Counted from the stretch's first letter, positions 18,160-28,963 are shown. The stretch is 64,000 bases of DNA from Candidatus Eiseniibacteriota bacterium (GCA_043810925.1 JBDRNT010000069.1:64001-128000), one strand, 5' to 3'. The notes: generated by a model from the sequence alone, not told the origin. Translations and numbers: made by a program.

Positions 18160-19860
18160 TTAGAAGCGTCTGACCAATCCGAGATGCAGTTTCGCGTCCG
18201 ACCAGGTGTCGTTTCTGCCCAGGGCTATCTCAAGACGTATGATACCCGTCCGTGACCCCGCCATGAAGCCAAGACCATAGCCGAAGGGACCTGATCGTAT
18301 CGAGTCGAACGAGTAGCCGCCACCGTCCAGTGCGGCCCCGTCAAAGAAGCAGTATACCCGCGAATACTCGCCGAGAAGACGTCTCAGTTCAAGAGTGACG
18401 GTGATCGCCCTCTCCACTGTGAACCACTCCTCGGGATAGCCTCTCAGCGTCCGCATACCACCCATTCTTACCAGATGCGCCTGCGGTATCTCTCCCCGAC
18501 TTGTAAATACTCCCTCGAACCGGCCTCTGATACCCAGTGCTGTCCTCACCCCGACCGCCGTGAGATGCTCACCCTCAAGCAACAGCAATGAGATCGTCCG
18601 GTCAAGGGATGAGTCGTCCTCGAACTCGAGTGCCGCAACCTCCTGTCTCAGCTTGACGAATTGTCCGGAGAGCGGATTCAAGGGCCGGTCCCTTCCCTCG
18701 TACCTGAGATCGAATGACAGACCGCGCTCGATGAAGTTGCCCTCACCACCCACAAGGCTCCGGTCCTTGGTCGAACCCAGAAAGGCGCCCATGCCCAACT
18801 CGAGCCTGGGCTCGCCCCTGAAAGTCACCCCAAGCCAGACCTTCCTTCGTGCGTAGGATGTGTCTATAACATCCGATGAAAGCTCGCATTCCAGGGCAAA
18901 TGGCTTCGAGAGGATGCGGGGCTCTCTGTAGGCTACACCCCAGCTCAGCCTCCCGCTGCCCGGTTTCATCCACAGCACCTTGAGTCTCCGGAGTGTGCCG
19001 CCCAGGCTCCGAAACTCGAGATCCAACGAGCCGACGAACTTGCTCTCTTTTCCGGATGGGGAGTAGGCAGCCAGACCTTCGAAGAGACTTGTTCTTGCCT
19101 CGACTACATCTATGGTCACGGTCAGCGTTGTGTCCATGCTGTCAAACGTGAGCACCGGCTCGGACACGTTTTCGAAAATACCCAGGTCCATCAGACGCTG
19201 TCTCACGCCTTCGATCTTCTTCCCTTGATAGGGTTCCCCCTCGGAAAGACCGCTTTCCGCCAGGGCGGCGCTCCGTTTGGTTTTCGTCATTCCCCTGAAT
19301 ACGACGTGACCCACATCAGCCTGCGGTCCGGCCGCAACATGGAGCCGAACCTCGACCCTTCCATCCCCCACAGAGACCATCTCCGGCCGGACTGTACTCA
19401 GGGGGTAGCCGCGAAGATCGTAGAAGGCAAGTACTCGACCTATGCCCTTCTCAAGCGCCAGCTGCGAAAACGGCCTGCCTGTCTGACCGGCGAACATCTT
19501 TTCTAGAACGGATGCCTCCCCGGCGGGCACACCGCTGATTCCGACCGACTCAAGGACGCTCGGCCGGCCTTCCGAGATCGCTATCTCTATGGCCTCATCG
19601 GGCGGGGCGGCCCGCTCACACCTGACTTCAACATCAAGGTAGCCGCGTTCCCAGTAATGCGCCGCCACCTCGTGGCAGATCGAATCCACACAAACCGAGT
19701 CGGACCGAGCACAGGCGATCTTGCCTATCCACTCAAGAATCGCGTCGTCCGATAGATCGGAGTTGCCGCTTATGTTGAAGTCAGCCGGGGCCGCGGTTCC
19801 GACCATGACGATCACAGCGGCCAGAAAGGCGAGTGTGCAGGGTAGCCTCATACCGCCCAC
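18160..19860 (-). CDS. Omp85 (BamA/TamA-like) outer-membrane protein with POTRA domains
   Basis: Signal peptide, POTRA motifs YWERGY and YDLRGYP, barrel loop motif GGMRTLRGY, terminal F. Confidence 0.8.
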   Translation of the reverse strand: MGGMRLPCTLAFLAAVIVMVGTAAPADFNISGNSDLSDDAILEWIGKIACARSDSVCVDSICHEVAAHYWERGYLDVEVRCERAAPPDEAIEIAISEGRPSVLESVGISGVPAGEASVLEKMFAGQTGRPFSQLALEKGIGRVLAFYDLRGYPLSTVRPEMVSVGDGRVEVRLHVAAGPQADVGHVVFRGMTKTKRSAALAESGLSEGEPYQGKKIEGVRQRLMDLGIFENVSEPVLTFDSMDTTLTVTIDVVEARTSLFEGLAAYSPSGKESKFVGSLDLEFRSLGGTLRRLKVLWMKPGSGRLSWGVAYREPRILSKPFALECELSSDVIDTSYARRKVWLGVTFRGEPRLELGMGAFLGSTKDRSLVGGEGNFIERGLSFDLRYEGRDRPLNPLSGQFVKLRQEVAALEFEDDSSLDRTISLLLLEGEHLTAVGVRTALGIRGRFEGVFTSRGEIPQAHLVRMGGMRTLRGYPEEWFTVERAITVTLELRRLLGEYSRVYCFFDGAALDGGGYSFDSIRSGPFGYGLGFMAGSRTGIIRLEIALGRNDTWSDAKLHLGLVRRF

Positions 19861-22800
19861 CTAGAACGTGGCACTCAAAGAGGCCTTGACATTGTGGATC
19901 GTCGGGATTCCGCTCGTTTTGCGTCCGGTGTATTCAAAGGAAACCGACGTGTACCTGCCGTGGCGGAGATTGACCCTCGAATTCCAGGTGAACGAATCCC
20001 GCACCGGGTAGAGGGTCGCACTGGAGTATTCCGAACGGATGACCCTCCTGAGACTGCAGCCCGCATCACAGCGAAGGGCCCCGCTGAAGACGGTGATACC
20101 GGGGGAGGCGTTGACCTGCATAAAGGCTGATGTGGGTTCGGACCGCTCCTCATTGAGTAGTTCCAGCCGCACTTGACTCCGCACGGCCGACACGATATTC
20201 CGGTCAAGACTGAGATTGGTGCTCCAGGTGTCCCTCGTCGGTTCAACACTGCCGGACGTCATATCTATTGTCGATCTCGTCGCCGTCAACCTGCCGGCCA
20301 GGGTGACCCTCATCTTCTTAAAGGCGCTGCTCAGCAGCCGGGTCTGTAACTCCGTCGTCGTCTTGCTCTCTTTCCTCTCGATACACCTGTTGTCGCGAAA
20401 CCTCGAACCCTTTGCGTTAAGTGTAAGCGTAAGACCTTTCCCGCGCCGGAAGACCAGCTCCTCGCTGACCGTCATCCTCCCGAAGACCATCTCGTCACTC
20501 CGAAGCAAGTGGGCGGGGTAAAGAAATGCAATCCGTTCCAATTCCTGTGTCGAACTCTCTCCCTCGATGTCGATCCCGGTCCTTGCCGAGACAGCTCTAT
20601 CCAGCAGGACCTTACCCCTTCTGCCCAGTTCGAGCACCAGGTCCGCCTTGACCCTTGTGACAGGCTCTTTCCCCTTCTCAGACCTCGACATCACGTACCC
20701 ACCCGCACCCGGGACGTAGTTGCCGAGACTGTCATAGTCGCCGCCTCCGCTCACCTGTACCAGTTCGGCGTCATAGACAGTCGTGAGCGCATTGGACAAT
20801 CTGTAGTCGATTGACATGGAGCTGACCGCCAGGACATCCCGGAGATCGAAGTGGAAGTCACCGCTGGTGATCCGTTGTCCGCCTGCGGCCGTCTCCCGGG
20901 TATACTCTATCCTGCGCTGTGTTACTCCTCCTCTTATCAGGAGTCTTCTCTGCCGCGCCGTCTCAAACTCCAGCCTCCCCTCGACCTCGGATGAGTATTT
21001 GTCCCACCCGGCCCCCCTGTCCCTGTCCTCGGAGCCCGCGGAAAAAGCGAGCGAGACCTGCCCTCCGGTCCCGGACAGTTCCACTTGCGAGGAGTAATCC
21101 GTCCGCCGGGTGGATGTACTGTCGACGAGCTTCGACTTCGTCTCATGGTTGCGGCCCAGCGTAAGCTGCAGGAACTTGACCGGTATCCTGACGGCGATCC
21201 CGTTCCTGTCGATACCCTTCTCACTTGCGACCGACGACATCCGGGCGGTCTGTGAACTTGCGGTAAGCCCGAGACGCCTGTCTCCCAGTTCGAGCCCGGC
21301 CTTCCGCCTGAGCGACCGGCCCGAACTCGTTTCCATCGTGCCGATTTCAAACGACGATGCAACCATATCATTCAGCTTATAGTCGAGACCGATCTCGTTC
21401 GCGTCCTCAAAACCGTCCTCTGCATCCTGCGCCCAGACCTCCAGGAAGTCCGGTCTTCTGAGTCTGTCAAACCCGATGTAGGTCTTCCCCACAGACCGTT
21501 TCTTCGCGCTCAGGCCGAGTGAGCCCACACTCCGTCCCCCAAGATCCGGAAGGTCCGATCTGCCCTGGACGGCCACGGTATAGGCCCTCCCCTCCTCTTC
21601 CTCCCAGGTTCCCGCCTCGGTCTTCGTATGTCCCTTTGACTGCGCCACCTCCGACGTCAACTCAAGCCACTCAGCCGGCCGGGCCGACGCACCCACATGA
21701 AAGACCCTGGCGCCAAGAGGCCGGCCAGCACGCACCTTGTCCAGGTATGCACCGGTACCGGTATAGACGTAGACATAGACCGCCCATATCTCGGAGTAGA
21801 TGTAGCTGTAGGTTCCCTCCCCCTCACCGACGAGTGTGAAGGTGACGTCGTAATCACCAAGACCTTCACCGACATATTCGTAGTAAGCAACCGTGTCGCT
21901 TTCGATGCGGATGTAGGAGCCGCGACCCATCCCGGCAAACCTACCGCCATCGACCCACTCGCGGGCGCCGTCGGTTCCGCTCGCAAGCAGTTCAGCCCCG
22001 GCACCTGCTTGCTCCTCAGGCTGGTTCGCACCGGTCTCGCTTACGAAGTTGACCGCGACGGACGCCCGGTCTCCGATATCAAGACTCGACCGGCCGAAGT
22101 AGAACTGCCTGTTGCCGTCACGATCGGGGGACTCGTAGTCCACCACGATTCGTGCACCGTCTCTTACCAGATGTCTGGGGTTAAAGCAGATTTCTCCCGA
22201 TACGTAGTCGATCGTGTAGTCTGCGTTGTCCCCACGCTTCAGCGGTTTGCCGTCGAGCCAGACGGACTCACTCCCCCTGACTATGTCTGTCTTCTCGCCA
22301 TCCGCACGCTGGACAACATAGGGGCCCGTTATGCCCTCTCTGCCTCTGATCACCACGGACTCGTAAGCGCTTCTTGAAGTGGCCCCGGACAGAGCCACAC
22401 CCTTTGAACCATGTGAAGCATCCGCAAAAAAGCCGGTCATGCTTCTCCTGAACCGGAGCAACTCCCCCGGAGATTCGTCTATTTCGAGGTCGCCGACCCT
22501 GGCATAGGCCCCGGAGGAGCGGACCTCCATGAAGACCCTGTCGAGATCTCTGAGTTTGCTGGTCGAGGTGCTACGGCTCAGCGACATGTCCTTGTCGGTC
22601 AGCACACCTTTGACATCAACCCCCTCACCTATCTTCCCGCCGATCGAGAGATTCAGTGACTGGTTCATGCTGAAGTCGTTGAGCGTTCCGGTCTCCACGC
22701 TTACGGTCTTGGAACCGGACGCCCTGAGGTCATAACCCTTTTCCTTCTTTGCCGGCCGGATCTCCGCCCGCCGCGCGCCGAGACCGGGACCCGGAGCTTC

Positions 22801-23154
22801 ATCGATTACCCTCAGGCTGTAGTCGGTCTTGAGCGGAAACGGGAAAACGGAGTACTTGATACGAACACATTCCTCAAGCGTGAGGCTGTCCGGGATAAGG
22901 ACGATGCCCCGGGCATAATCCATCCGGTAGTCGGTTCCCCTTACCAGCATCCTAGCACCTGTCAATACGGTGTCGCTCGAGGCAATAATCAACCGGCGCG
23001 ACAGATGGATCGCACCCGCACCCAGATCATCACCGCAGCGCACTTCCTCACGCTGACAGGATACGCTGACTCCCTCAGCGCGGATCCCCCCGGCAGAGGC
23101 CGAAAGCGCCACGGCAAGCACCACCCCGAGAACACTACTGCGTGGATGTCTCAA
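19861..23154 (-). CDS. Large predicted outer-membrane beta-barrel protein with SprA-N-like motifs
   Basis: Signal peptide after revised TTG start (GAGGT SD); NQSLNLSIGGKIG; two copies of a ...RGxDYxxDYxxG motif; amphipathic beta strands; terminal F. Confidence 0.6.
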   Translation of the reverse strand: MRHPRSSVLGVVLAVALSASAGGIRAEGVSVSCQREEVRCGDDLGAGAIHLSRRLIIASSDTVLTGARMLVRGTDYRMDYARGIVLIPDSLTLEECVRIKYSVFPFPLKTDYSLRVIDEAPGPGLGARRAEIRPAKKEKGYDLRASGSKTVSVETGTLNDFSMNQSLNLSIGGKIGEGVDVKGVLTDKDMSLSRSTSTSKLRDLDRVFMEVRSSGAYARVGDLEIDESPGELLRFRRSMTGFFADASHGSKGVALSGATSRSAYESVVIRGREGITGPYVVQRADGEKTDIVRGSESVWLDGKPLKRGDNADYTIDYVSGEICFNPRHLVRDGARIVVDYESPDRDGNRQFYFGRSSLDIGDRASVAVNFVSETGANQPEEQAGAGAELLASGTDGAREWVDGGRFAGMGRGSYIRIESDTVAYYEYVGEGLGDYDVTFTLVGEGEGTYSYIYSEIWAVYVYVYTGTGAYLDKVRAGRPLGARVFHVGASARPAEWLELTSEVAQSKGHTKTEAGTWEEEEGRAYTVAVQGRSDLPDLGGRSVGSLGLSAKKRSVGKTYIGFDRLRRPDFLEVWAQDAEDGFEDANEIGLDYKLNDMVASSFEIGTMETSSGRSLRRKAGLELGDRRLGLTASSQTARMSSVASEKGIDRNGIAVRIPVKFLQLTLGRNHETKSKLVDSTSTRRTDYSSQVELSGTGGQVSLAFSAGSEDRDRGAGWDKYSSEVEGRLEFETARQRRLLIRGGVTQRRIEYTRETAAGGQRITSGDFHFDLRDVLAVSSMSIDYRLSNALTTVYDAELVQVSGGGDYDSLGNYVPGAGGYVMSRSEKGKEPVTRVKADLVLELGRRGKVLLDRAVSARTGIDIEGESSTQELERIAFLYPAHLLRSDEMVFGRMTVSEELVFRRGKGLTLTLNAKGSRFRDNRCIERKESKTTTELQTRLLSSAFKKMRVTLAGRLTATRSTIDMTSGSVEPTRDTWSTNLSLDRNIVSAVRSQVRLELLNEERSEPTSAFMQVNASPGITVFSGALRCDAGCSLRRVIRSEYSSATLYPVRDSFTWNSRVNLRHGRYTSVSFEYTGRKTSGIPTIHNVKASLSATF

Positions 23155-24037
23155 TCCTGAATACCTCGATCGACATACTTCCGGGATCGGCCACACAGAC
23201 GACACCGTCATCCCGGCAAGCGATGAATGCGGGCATCTCGAGCAAGCCCTCACCGAATGAGCTGATGAACCCGCCGTCGGCAGAGAACACGGCAATCACG
23301 GCGCGCTCTGAATCCGATACCAGCACGTACCGGTCAAGATATGACGCGAGCCCGAACGGGCTCTGGAAATCGAAACCGACGAGCGCTTTGCGGGGTTTTC
23401 CAAAGGGGCTCAGCATCAGCACCTGCTCGGAGAATGCCTCGGTCACAAACACGTTTCCGAGTTTCCCGGTAAGGCAATCCACCGGGTATGTACCACCATC
23501 ACCGCTTGAGACCACAGCCTCAATCGGCTCGCTATCCCCCGATAGATCCACAATGCGGATCGTACCCGCAATGCCCATGGCAGCGTAGATCTGCTCCGGC
23601 TTCCCCAGACCGAGCCCCGTAAGACCTTCCCCGACCTCCCTTGCCGACACAAACTCCCCCCAGCGGTCATAGACCAGGATCGATCCGGCGGTCTTCTCAG
23701 AAACGTAAACGCCCGCAGCGTTACCGGTCTCGATGTCTATCAGCTGGCAGTCACTGAACTCATCCGGACATCGCGCAAAGAGAGTGATACCATCAAGCGA
23801 ATCCGGTAGCACAAAGATCCTCGAGTTATCCGAATCAATCACATAGAGTTCGCCGAACAATCCGAAGTCCAGGCCGAGTGGGGCGAACGCAAAACCGCTT
23901 CCGGACTCCTCGCATGGAATGGACTTCAGGTGTCGTGTCGAGATCTCACTGGATCCGCCGCCGGCGGGCTCCGAGCATGAAGCGAGGCCGGCAGCCCCGA
24001 TACACGCCACCGCTGCCAGCAGTGATACACGTCTCAT
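23135..24037 (-). CDS. NHL-repeat (beta-propeller) lipoprotein
   Basis: Lipobox LASC; repeats LYVIDSDNSRI, VFVTEA, VLVSDS, VCVADP. Confidence 0.75.
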   Translation of the reverse strand: MRRVSLLAAVACIGAAGLASCSEPAGGGSSEISTRHLKSIPCEESGSGFAFAPLGLDFGLFGELYVIDSDNSRIFVLPDSLDGITLFARCPDEFSDCQLIDIETGNAAGVYVSEKTAGSILVYDRWGEFVSAREVGEGLTGLGLGKPEQIYAAMGIAGTIRIVDLSGDSEPIEAVVSSGDGGTYPVDCLTGKLGNVFVTEAFSEQVLMLSPFGKPRKALVGFDFQSPFGLASYLDRYVLVSDSERAVIAVFSADGGFISSFGEGLLEMPAFIACRDDGVVCVADPGSMSIEVFRIETSTQ

Positions 24038-24054
24038 TATCTGTAGAGGTAACA

Positions 24055-24741
24055 TCAAAATGATGTGGAAAGGTAGAACCTGTAACTGTCCTGCGCCCTC
24101 TTTTCAACCCTCAAACTGGGATATGAGGACCGCTCGCCACGGTCTGCGAGTCTGAAGGTAAGATAGATGTCTATCATGCTGACCACCCGGTTTAAGACGG
24201 CGAACCCCGTGGTCAATACGGCGTGTCTGTACGATCCGCGGCTCAGGGTACGCGTTTTTGCGAACTCGTCCCGCTTCTCCGCACTCTCCCACTCCCACGC
24301 GGAGGTCCCGAAATAACCATTCGCGTCGAAATAGGCCAGCTGATCCTCTTTGTCATCCGGGTACAGATAACGTGCTTCACGCATTACGTCTATATTGTAA
24401 TCCTCATTGGAGCCGTAGTAGGCCAGGGCGATTGCGTAGTCATCGGCGATATCACCCCCGACGCCCGCAAACAGCCTTGCCATTTCCTTGTACTTGTCCT
24501 TCCTCATGCCACCCTGGATCCGGTAACCGGCAAACGCTGTCCAGACCCCTGCTTCGGCTACATACATCATCCGCGCTCTGCCATGGTTACCGAGATAGTG
24601 CTGGCCCGCACCGGGCAAAACGAGAGAATACAACAGAGCCTTACGGAGTGACCTGTCCCCACCGCCATCATCACAGTAGCCGGCTGCCACACACCCCAGC
24701 AGGGTTACCGCAACCACACAGAACTTAAGTGTATATCTCAT
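24055..24741 (-). CDS. Hypothetical exported/membrane protein (DUF5683-like motif)
   Basis: Signal peptide, KALLYSLVLPGAGQHYLG, NRVVSMID, terminal F. Confidence 0.65.
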   Translation of the reverse strand: MRYTLKFCVVAVTLLGCVAAGYCDDGGGDRSLRKALLYSLVLPGAGQHYLGNHGRARMMYVAEAGVWTAFAGYRIQGGMRKDKYKEMARLFAGVGGDIADDYAIALAYYGSNEDYNIDVMREARYLYPDDKEDQLAYFDANGYFGTSAWEWESAEKRDEFAKTRTLSRGSYRHAVLTTGFAVLNRVVSMIDIYLTFRLADRGERSSYPSLRVEKRAQDSYRFYLSTSF

Positions 24742-24744
24742 GTA

Positions 24745-25662
24745 TCAGAACCTCATCTTCAGACCGACTTTGACATTCGGGTTGCTGCCCAGCCTGGCCT
24801 TGAAGGTCAGACGCGGGTTCGTGCCGACACCGGCAAGATCCCGGTTCCTGAACTTGGCCATGATCGCCGCGTCGACCATGCTGACAACTCTGCCTATTAC
24901 CATCACCCATGCATAGCGATCGGCCTTGCCATAGAAATCATCCGCTTCCGCCCGCATGCCCTGATACTGTGTCCTGTTAGAAGAAGTACTGGGAATTCCC
25001 GCGGGCAACGTACCGTAGGGATCCCAGTCCACCCAGAGCTCCTCGGGGAACTGCACATCACCTGTACTCCAGTCATCCCACCCAAACACATATCTGTCCT
25101 CTGCACCTATCTGTTCGTAGAAGGCCCCACTGCCTTGATCTGACAGCGGGAACACCACATGTATCTCCTCCCAGCATCTCAAACTGTCGTAGATCCCGGG
25201 ATCGGTACAAAAGCCGAAGTCACCGTAGCCACTGTGGACTGCGATCGTGTCGCGCACGTACCCGGTGAAGCGCTGCGTGCTGTAGTGGTCTTCGGCCCAG
25301 GCTTCGTACTCGCCCTTCTTGTCGTCCCCCTTGCCTGTGTTGTTGAAATATCTCCACATGGAAAAGAGATCAGCAGCAGCCATCACTCCTCCGCTCGCAT
25401 AGCCCCTTCTCCCACCCACATAGGCCTGTCCAAGCCCCGGGAGAACCGCGGACAGCAGCATGGCTTTTGCCACCGACTTGCGGTGCAGCACGACACTCCC
25501 GCCGACCTCTACAGGCGCATCCTGTCCACCTTCATCGGTGATATTGCCGATACTGGCCCTGGCCTTTACATCAAGGTCATCATCCATGCCGCAGACATTG
25601 GAGAGAGTTACAAACGTCAGCAGGACGAACCCCGCTACCAAGATGCTGAACCGGTGCGCCAT
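24745..25662 (-). CDS. Hypothetical exported/membrane protein, paralog of 24055-24741
   Basis: Signal peptide, KAMLLSAVLPGLGQAYVG, GRVVSMVD, terminal F. Confidence 0.65.
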   Translation of the reverse strand: MAHRFSILVAGFVLLTFVTLSNVCGMDDDLDVKARASIGNITDEGGQDAPVEVGGSVVLHRKSVAKAMLLSAVLPGLGQAYVGGRRGYASGGVMAAADLFSMWRYFNNTGKGDDKKGEYEAWAEDHYSTQRFTGYVRDTIAVHSGYGDFGFCTDPGIYDSLRCWEEIHVVFPLSDQGSGAFYEQIGAEDRYVFGWDDWSTGDVQFPEELWVDWDPYGTLPAGIPSTSSNRTQYQGMRAEADDFYGKADRYAWVMVIGRVVSMVDAAIMAKFRNRDLAGVGTNPRLTFKARLGSNPNVKVGLKMRF

Positions 25663-25672
25663 GCCCTACCTC

Positions 25673-28600
25673 CTACCTCTTTACGGCCAATTTGAAGAAC
25701 TCACTGGTCCGGGCACCGTTGCCCTCAAGACTCAGCCTGCAGACATAAAGCCCGCTTCCCAGGTCGCTGATATCCACGTCCGGGACTGTCACCTTCGGTA
25801 CCTGCGATTCGGCATTGTATCTTACGGTCTTGACTATAGTACCTGTTACATCGAAGACCTCTATCGTCACCGCACCACCGGTGTCGGTCTCAAACCGGAA
25901 ACTGACTTCATTCCCGCCGCCCTCGCTGCTGTACGCAACACCGGCCGGGTTGGGAAATGCGTGGAAACTGCCTTTGACAAGCAACCTGCTGCCCGGCTGC
26001 GGTGCATCGGGCATCTGATCGATTGGATAGACACAGTTCCTGCTTGAGTCGAAATACGCCGTCTTCCATGGGGCCGGATTCGTATCGGTCTGTCCCGGAT
26101 GCAAAAATGCATAGACTGAACCGTCTCCCCCACCGGTCACGAGCTCAAGCCTGCCGTCCCCGTCGAGATCGCCCAACGCTGCCGCCGAGCATCCTCCCCC
26201 GAGTGTTACCGGAAAACCGCTCATCCTCTTACCGCCCGCTTCCCACGCGGTGATACACTCAAACAGCGTGCCCTGTATTACATCTATTGCCCCATCACCA
26301 TCGAGATCGCTCGCAATCGGCGATGGAACCGATATCGTCGTGTCCGCCGGATAGTAGTCCTCGTCCCACTCGGGCAGGGCGCAGCCATAGCGTGAATTAG
26401 GCCACCCGTCGGCAGGGCTACCGCTTCGAAGCACCACCCAGCTCTTGTGCTCGTCATCGTTCAGGATCATCTCCAGGTAGCCGTCCCCGTTGACGTCTGC
26501 GATAGCCGGAGGGGAGACCACACCCCTGCATACTCTCCTGCCCCACCCCGGTAACTCCCGTCCCTCACCATCCACGACCCACATCCATCCGTTGTCGCCC
26601 ACGACTATGATCTCATATGCAGGCTCCCCGGCCCTGTCAAGATCTGCGGCCGCCAGATAGACATGTCCGGGATCCAGGTCACAGGAGAACGGGTAGGTGG
26701 CAATTACCCGGCGGGCTGAGTAGGAATACACTACGATCTCACCCGTTCTGTAGTATACAATCTCCGCGCCGATCGAGTCGGGAAGGAGATCACATACAAC
26801 CGGCCGGCTGAATCCACCGTCATCACCTCCGTCCAGGCGAAGGTCTATCACCAGGTTGCCGGGCAGACCGCCGAGGACATACAACGCAGAGTCTGTTGCG
26901 ACGATTGCCTCATCGTGCCCGTCCCCACCAAGATCGTATGCAACCACCACACCGTTCACGTGACCGTTGACCGTGTAAAACGCTCCACGCCAGTCGGCAC
27001 CGAAGAAATAGGGCGAGCCACCGGCCGTGAAGGCATAGAGATGATCGGTCTCGTCACTGAACACCACCTCATCGACCCCGTCACCGTCAAGATCCGCTGC
27101 GACCAGTTCCGTGGGATGCGACCCATGAGGCCTTTTCGGCCAACCCGGCAAGCTCACCGGACTGCCGGCTTCGTCGAGCTCGTAGGCGTCTATTCGAGAT
27201 CGCTCCCAGACCACCCCCGCAGTGTCCCAGTATGCCCGCTTAAGAGCAGACCTTATCTCGGCCCTGCCGTTACCATCCAGGTCCGAAACGAGAAGTGAAG
27301 GCACACCAAAACGCATAGAGTCTCCCAAGGCGTACGGGAAGCCGGGTCTACTCCAACTATACGAAACACGGAGATCCATGGAAAGACCGGAATCGCTTAT
27401 CTGGTCGATGACCACATGTGAATGACAGCCGGTATTACTGCGTGTGTTGGGATAGGTGTCATCGGCCATCCTGTCGTTATTACCGCGTCTGAAGGGGTCG
27501 TCGGGTCCGCCGAGAAAATAGAACGAATTGAAGTCACCCAGATCCGGGATACCGTCCGCCTCTTTGAGCGTCAGACCGCGCCGCTCGGGAAACGCATTGA
27601 TGAGATCAAATGGACCGAGCCAGTCGATCCAGGCAGCGTCCGCGTGCCAGATCAGAAGTCCGCTCCCCGGAAGCACGAAGTCGTACTCGTAGTTCAGGTT
27701 ATCGTTTCCGTCAGCCGGCCCGATTATCACGCCCGTTGAATCTTCGCTTGGATCGGTGAGCACGTAGGCCGAGTCGTTTCCATCAAGGTCGGCCTGCCTG
27801 TTCTCTATGAGGTAGCACTCGTTTGAGTTTATCGGTACTGCAAGCACGTCCGTGTTGGGAAACTCACCCTGGAGCTCGGTGGCATCAAGAGTGAACGATC
27901 CCCCGCCGACAACCGTATCGGCAACGGCCCAGCCGAGCTCGATCTTGCTCCATGCGGATATCGAAGCCGGCAGGATGCCGGATACATAGTATGCCTCCCC
28001 GGTTCGCTCATCCTCCACCACCACCCCTACACCCGAGCCGAAGTCCATCAGGTCCCAGTAGCCGACAACACTCATGCCCGAGTAGGTGTCATACAGATCG
28101 GGCAGCCCCAGCTGATGGCCCACCTCATGCGCGAGCACACCGTTGAGGCCGTTAAAGAAGTCATCCTGGCTGGTCGTCTCCGGGACGACGCTACCGTCGA
28201 CGATGAAGTGGGTACCGCCTTCCACCTCGATGCTGTCGCCGATCGATATGAAGAATGAGGGAATGTCATAAGGCGTATCGCCGTATATGTCGTTCTGCCA
28301 GTCCGAGCCGGCATGGAAGATCACCACGGCATCGAACTCGCGGAAGTCAAGATCAGGGTCCTGGTCGGCAACGGTGATCGCATCACGGAAGAAAAGATCG
28401 AGACCGTCAAGCGACCACGTGTAGACCCCGCCACTGGGATTATAGTCGCCGATATCGGGAAGTACGTAGGCGGCGTCGTTTGCGAGTGGAAAGACCTCCG
28501 ACTCGATCTTAAGACTTCCATAGGACATGGCGTCGTAGTAGTGGGCAAGTGCTTCCATGTGCTTGGAGAAGTACTTGCGGTCATGAGGTGACGGGTCGAT

Positions 28601-28951
28601 CGGAATCTCTTCCCGTTTGTCTCTGAGATCGAATCTTCCGCCGGCACCGGTGATCCCCGAAGGGTCCGGGACGCGTGCGAACTCCACCCGGATCGCACAG
28701 ATCCGAAGCACATCCTGTATCTCCTGGGCCGCCGTCATGGGGCCCTTCCTCTGCCTTGAGGTCAGGAGTTTCCTGGTTGACGGCATATCCTTAATCGGGG
28801 CGTTTATCCACCGCTTGAGCCGCTTGTCCATCAAACTCTGGAACTCGGCGTTCTCACCGGGCGGTCTGACCTTGACGACCCCGGCACACACCAGTTCCCC
28901 AGCTGCCACCACCCACACCAGAATCATTATCAATGTCAGAGTTGTCTTCAC
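25673..28951 (-). CDS. Secreted M6-like metalloprotease with FG-GAP repeats and T9SS-type C-terminal domain
   Basis: HEVGHQLGLPDLY zinc motif, WDLMD, YLIENRQ, DLDGDG repeats, FPNP...IEVFDVTG...LGSGLYVCRL...FKLAVKR. Confidence 0.85.
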   Translation of the reverse strand: MKTTLTLIMILVWVVAAGELVCAGVVKVRPPGENAEFQSLMDKRLKRWINAPIKDMPSTRKLLTSRQRKGPMTAAQEIQDVLRICAIRVEFARVPDPSGITGAGGRFDLRDKREEIPIDPSPHDRKYFSKHMEALAHYYDAMSYGSLKIESEVFPLANDAAYVLPDIGDYNPSGGVYTWSLDGLDLFFRDAITVADQDPDLDFREFDAVVIFHAGSDWQNDIYGDTPYDIPSFFISIGDSIEVEGGTHFIVDGSVVPETTSQDDFFNGLNGVLAHEVGHQLGLPDLYDTYSGMSVVGYWDLMDFGSGVGVVVEDERTGEAYYVSGILPASISAWSKIELGWAVADTVVGGGSFTLDATELQGEFPNTDVLAVPINSNECYLIENRQADLDGNDSAYVLTDPSEDSTGVIIGPADGNDNLNYEYDFVLPGSGLLIWHADAAWIDWLGPFDLINAFPERRGLTLKEADGIPDLGDFNSFYFLGGPDDPFRRGNNDRMADDTYPNTRSNTGCHSHVVIDQISDSGLSMDLRVSYSWSRPGFPYALGDSMRFGVPSLLVSDLDGNGRAEIRSALKRAYWDTAGVVWERSRIDAYELDEAGSPVSLPGWPKRPHGSHPTELVAADLDGDGVDEVVFSDETDHLYAFTAGGSPYFFGADWRGAFYTVNGHVNGVVVAYDLGGDGHDEAIVATDSALYVLGGLPGNLVIDLRLDGGDDGGFSRPVVCDLLPDSIGAEIVYYRTGEIVVYSYSARRVIATYPFSCDLDPGHVYLAAADLDRAGEPAYEIIVVGDNGWMWVVDGEGRELPGWGRRVCRGVVSPPAIADVNGDGYLEMILNDDEHKSWVVLRSGSPADGWPNSRYGCALPEWDEDYYPADTTISVPSPIASDLDGDGAIDVIQGTLFECITAWEAGGKRMSGFPVTLGGGCSAAALGDLDGDGRLELVTGGGDGSVYAFLHPGQTDTNPAPWKTAYFDSSRNCVYPIDQMPDAPQPGSRLLVKGSFHAFPNPAGVAYSSEGGGNEVSFRFETDTGGAVTIEVFDVTGTIVKTVRYNAESQVPKVTVPDVDISDLGSGLYVCRLSLEGNGARTSEFFKLAVKR

Positions 28952-28963
28952 AAAGAACGCTCC

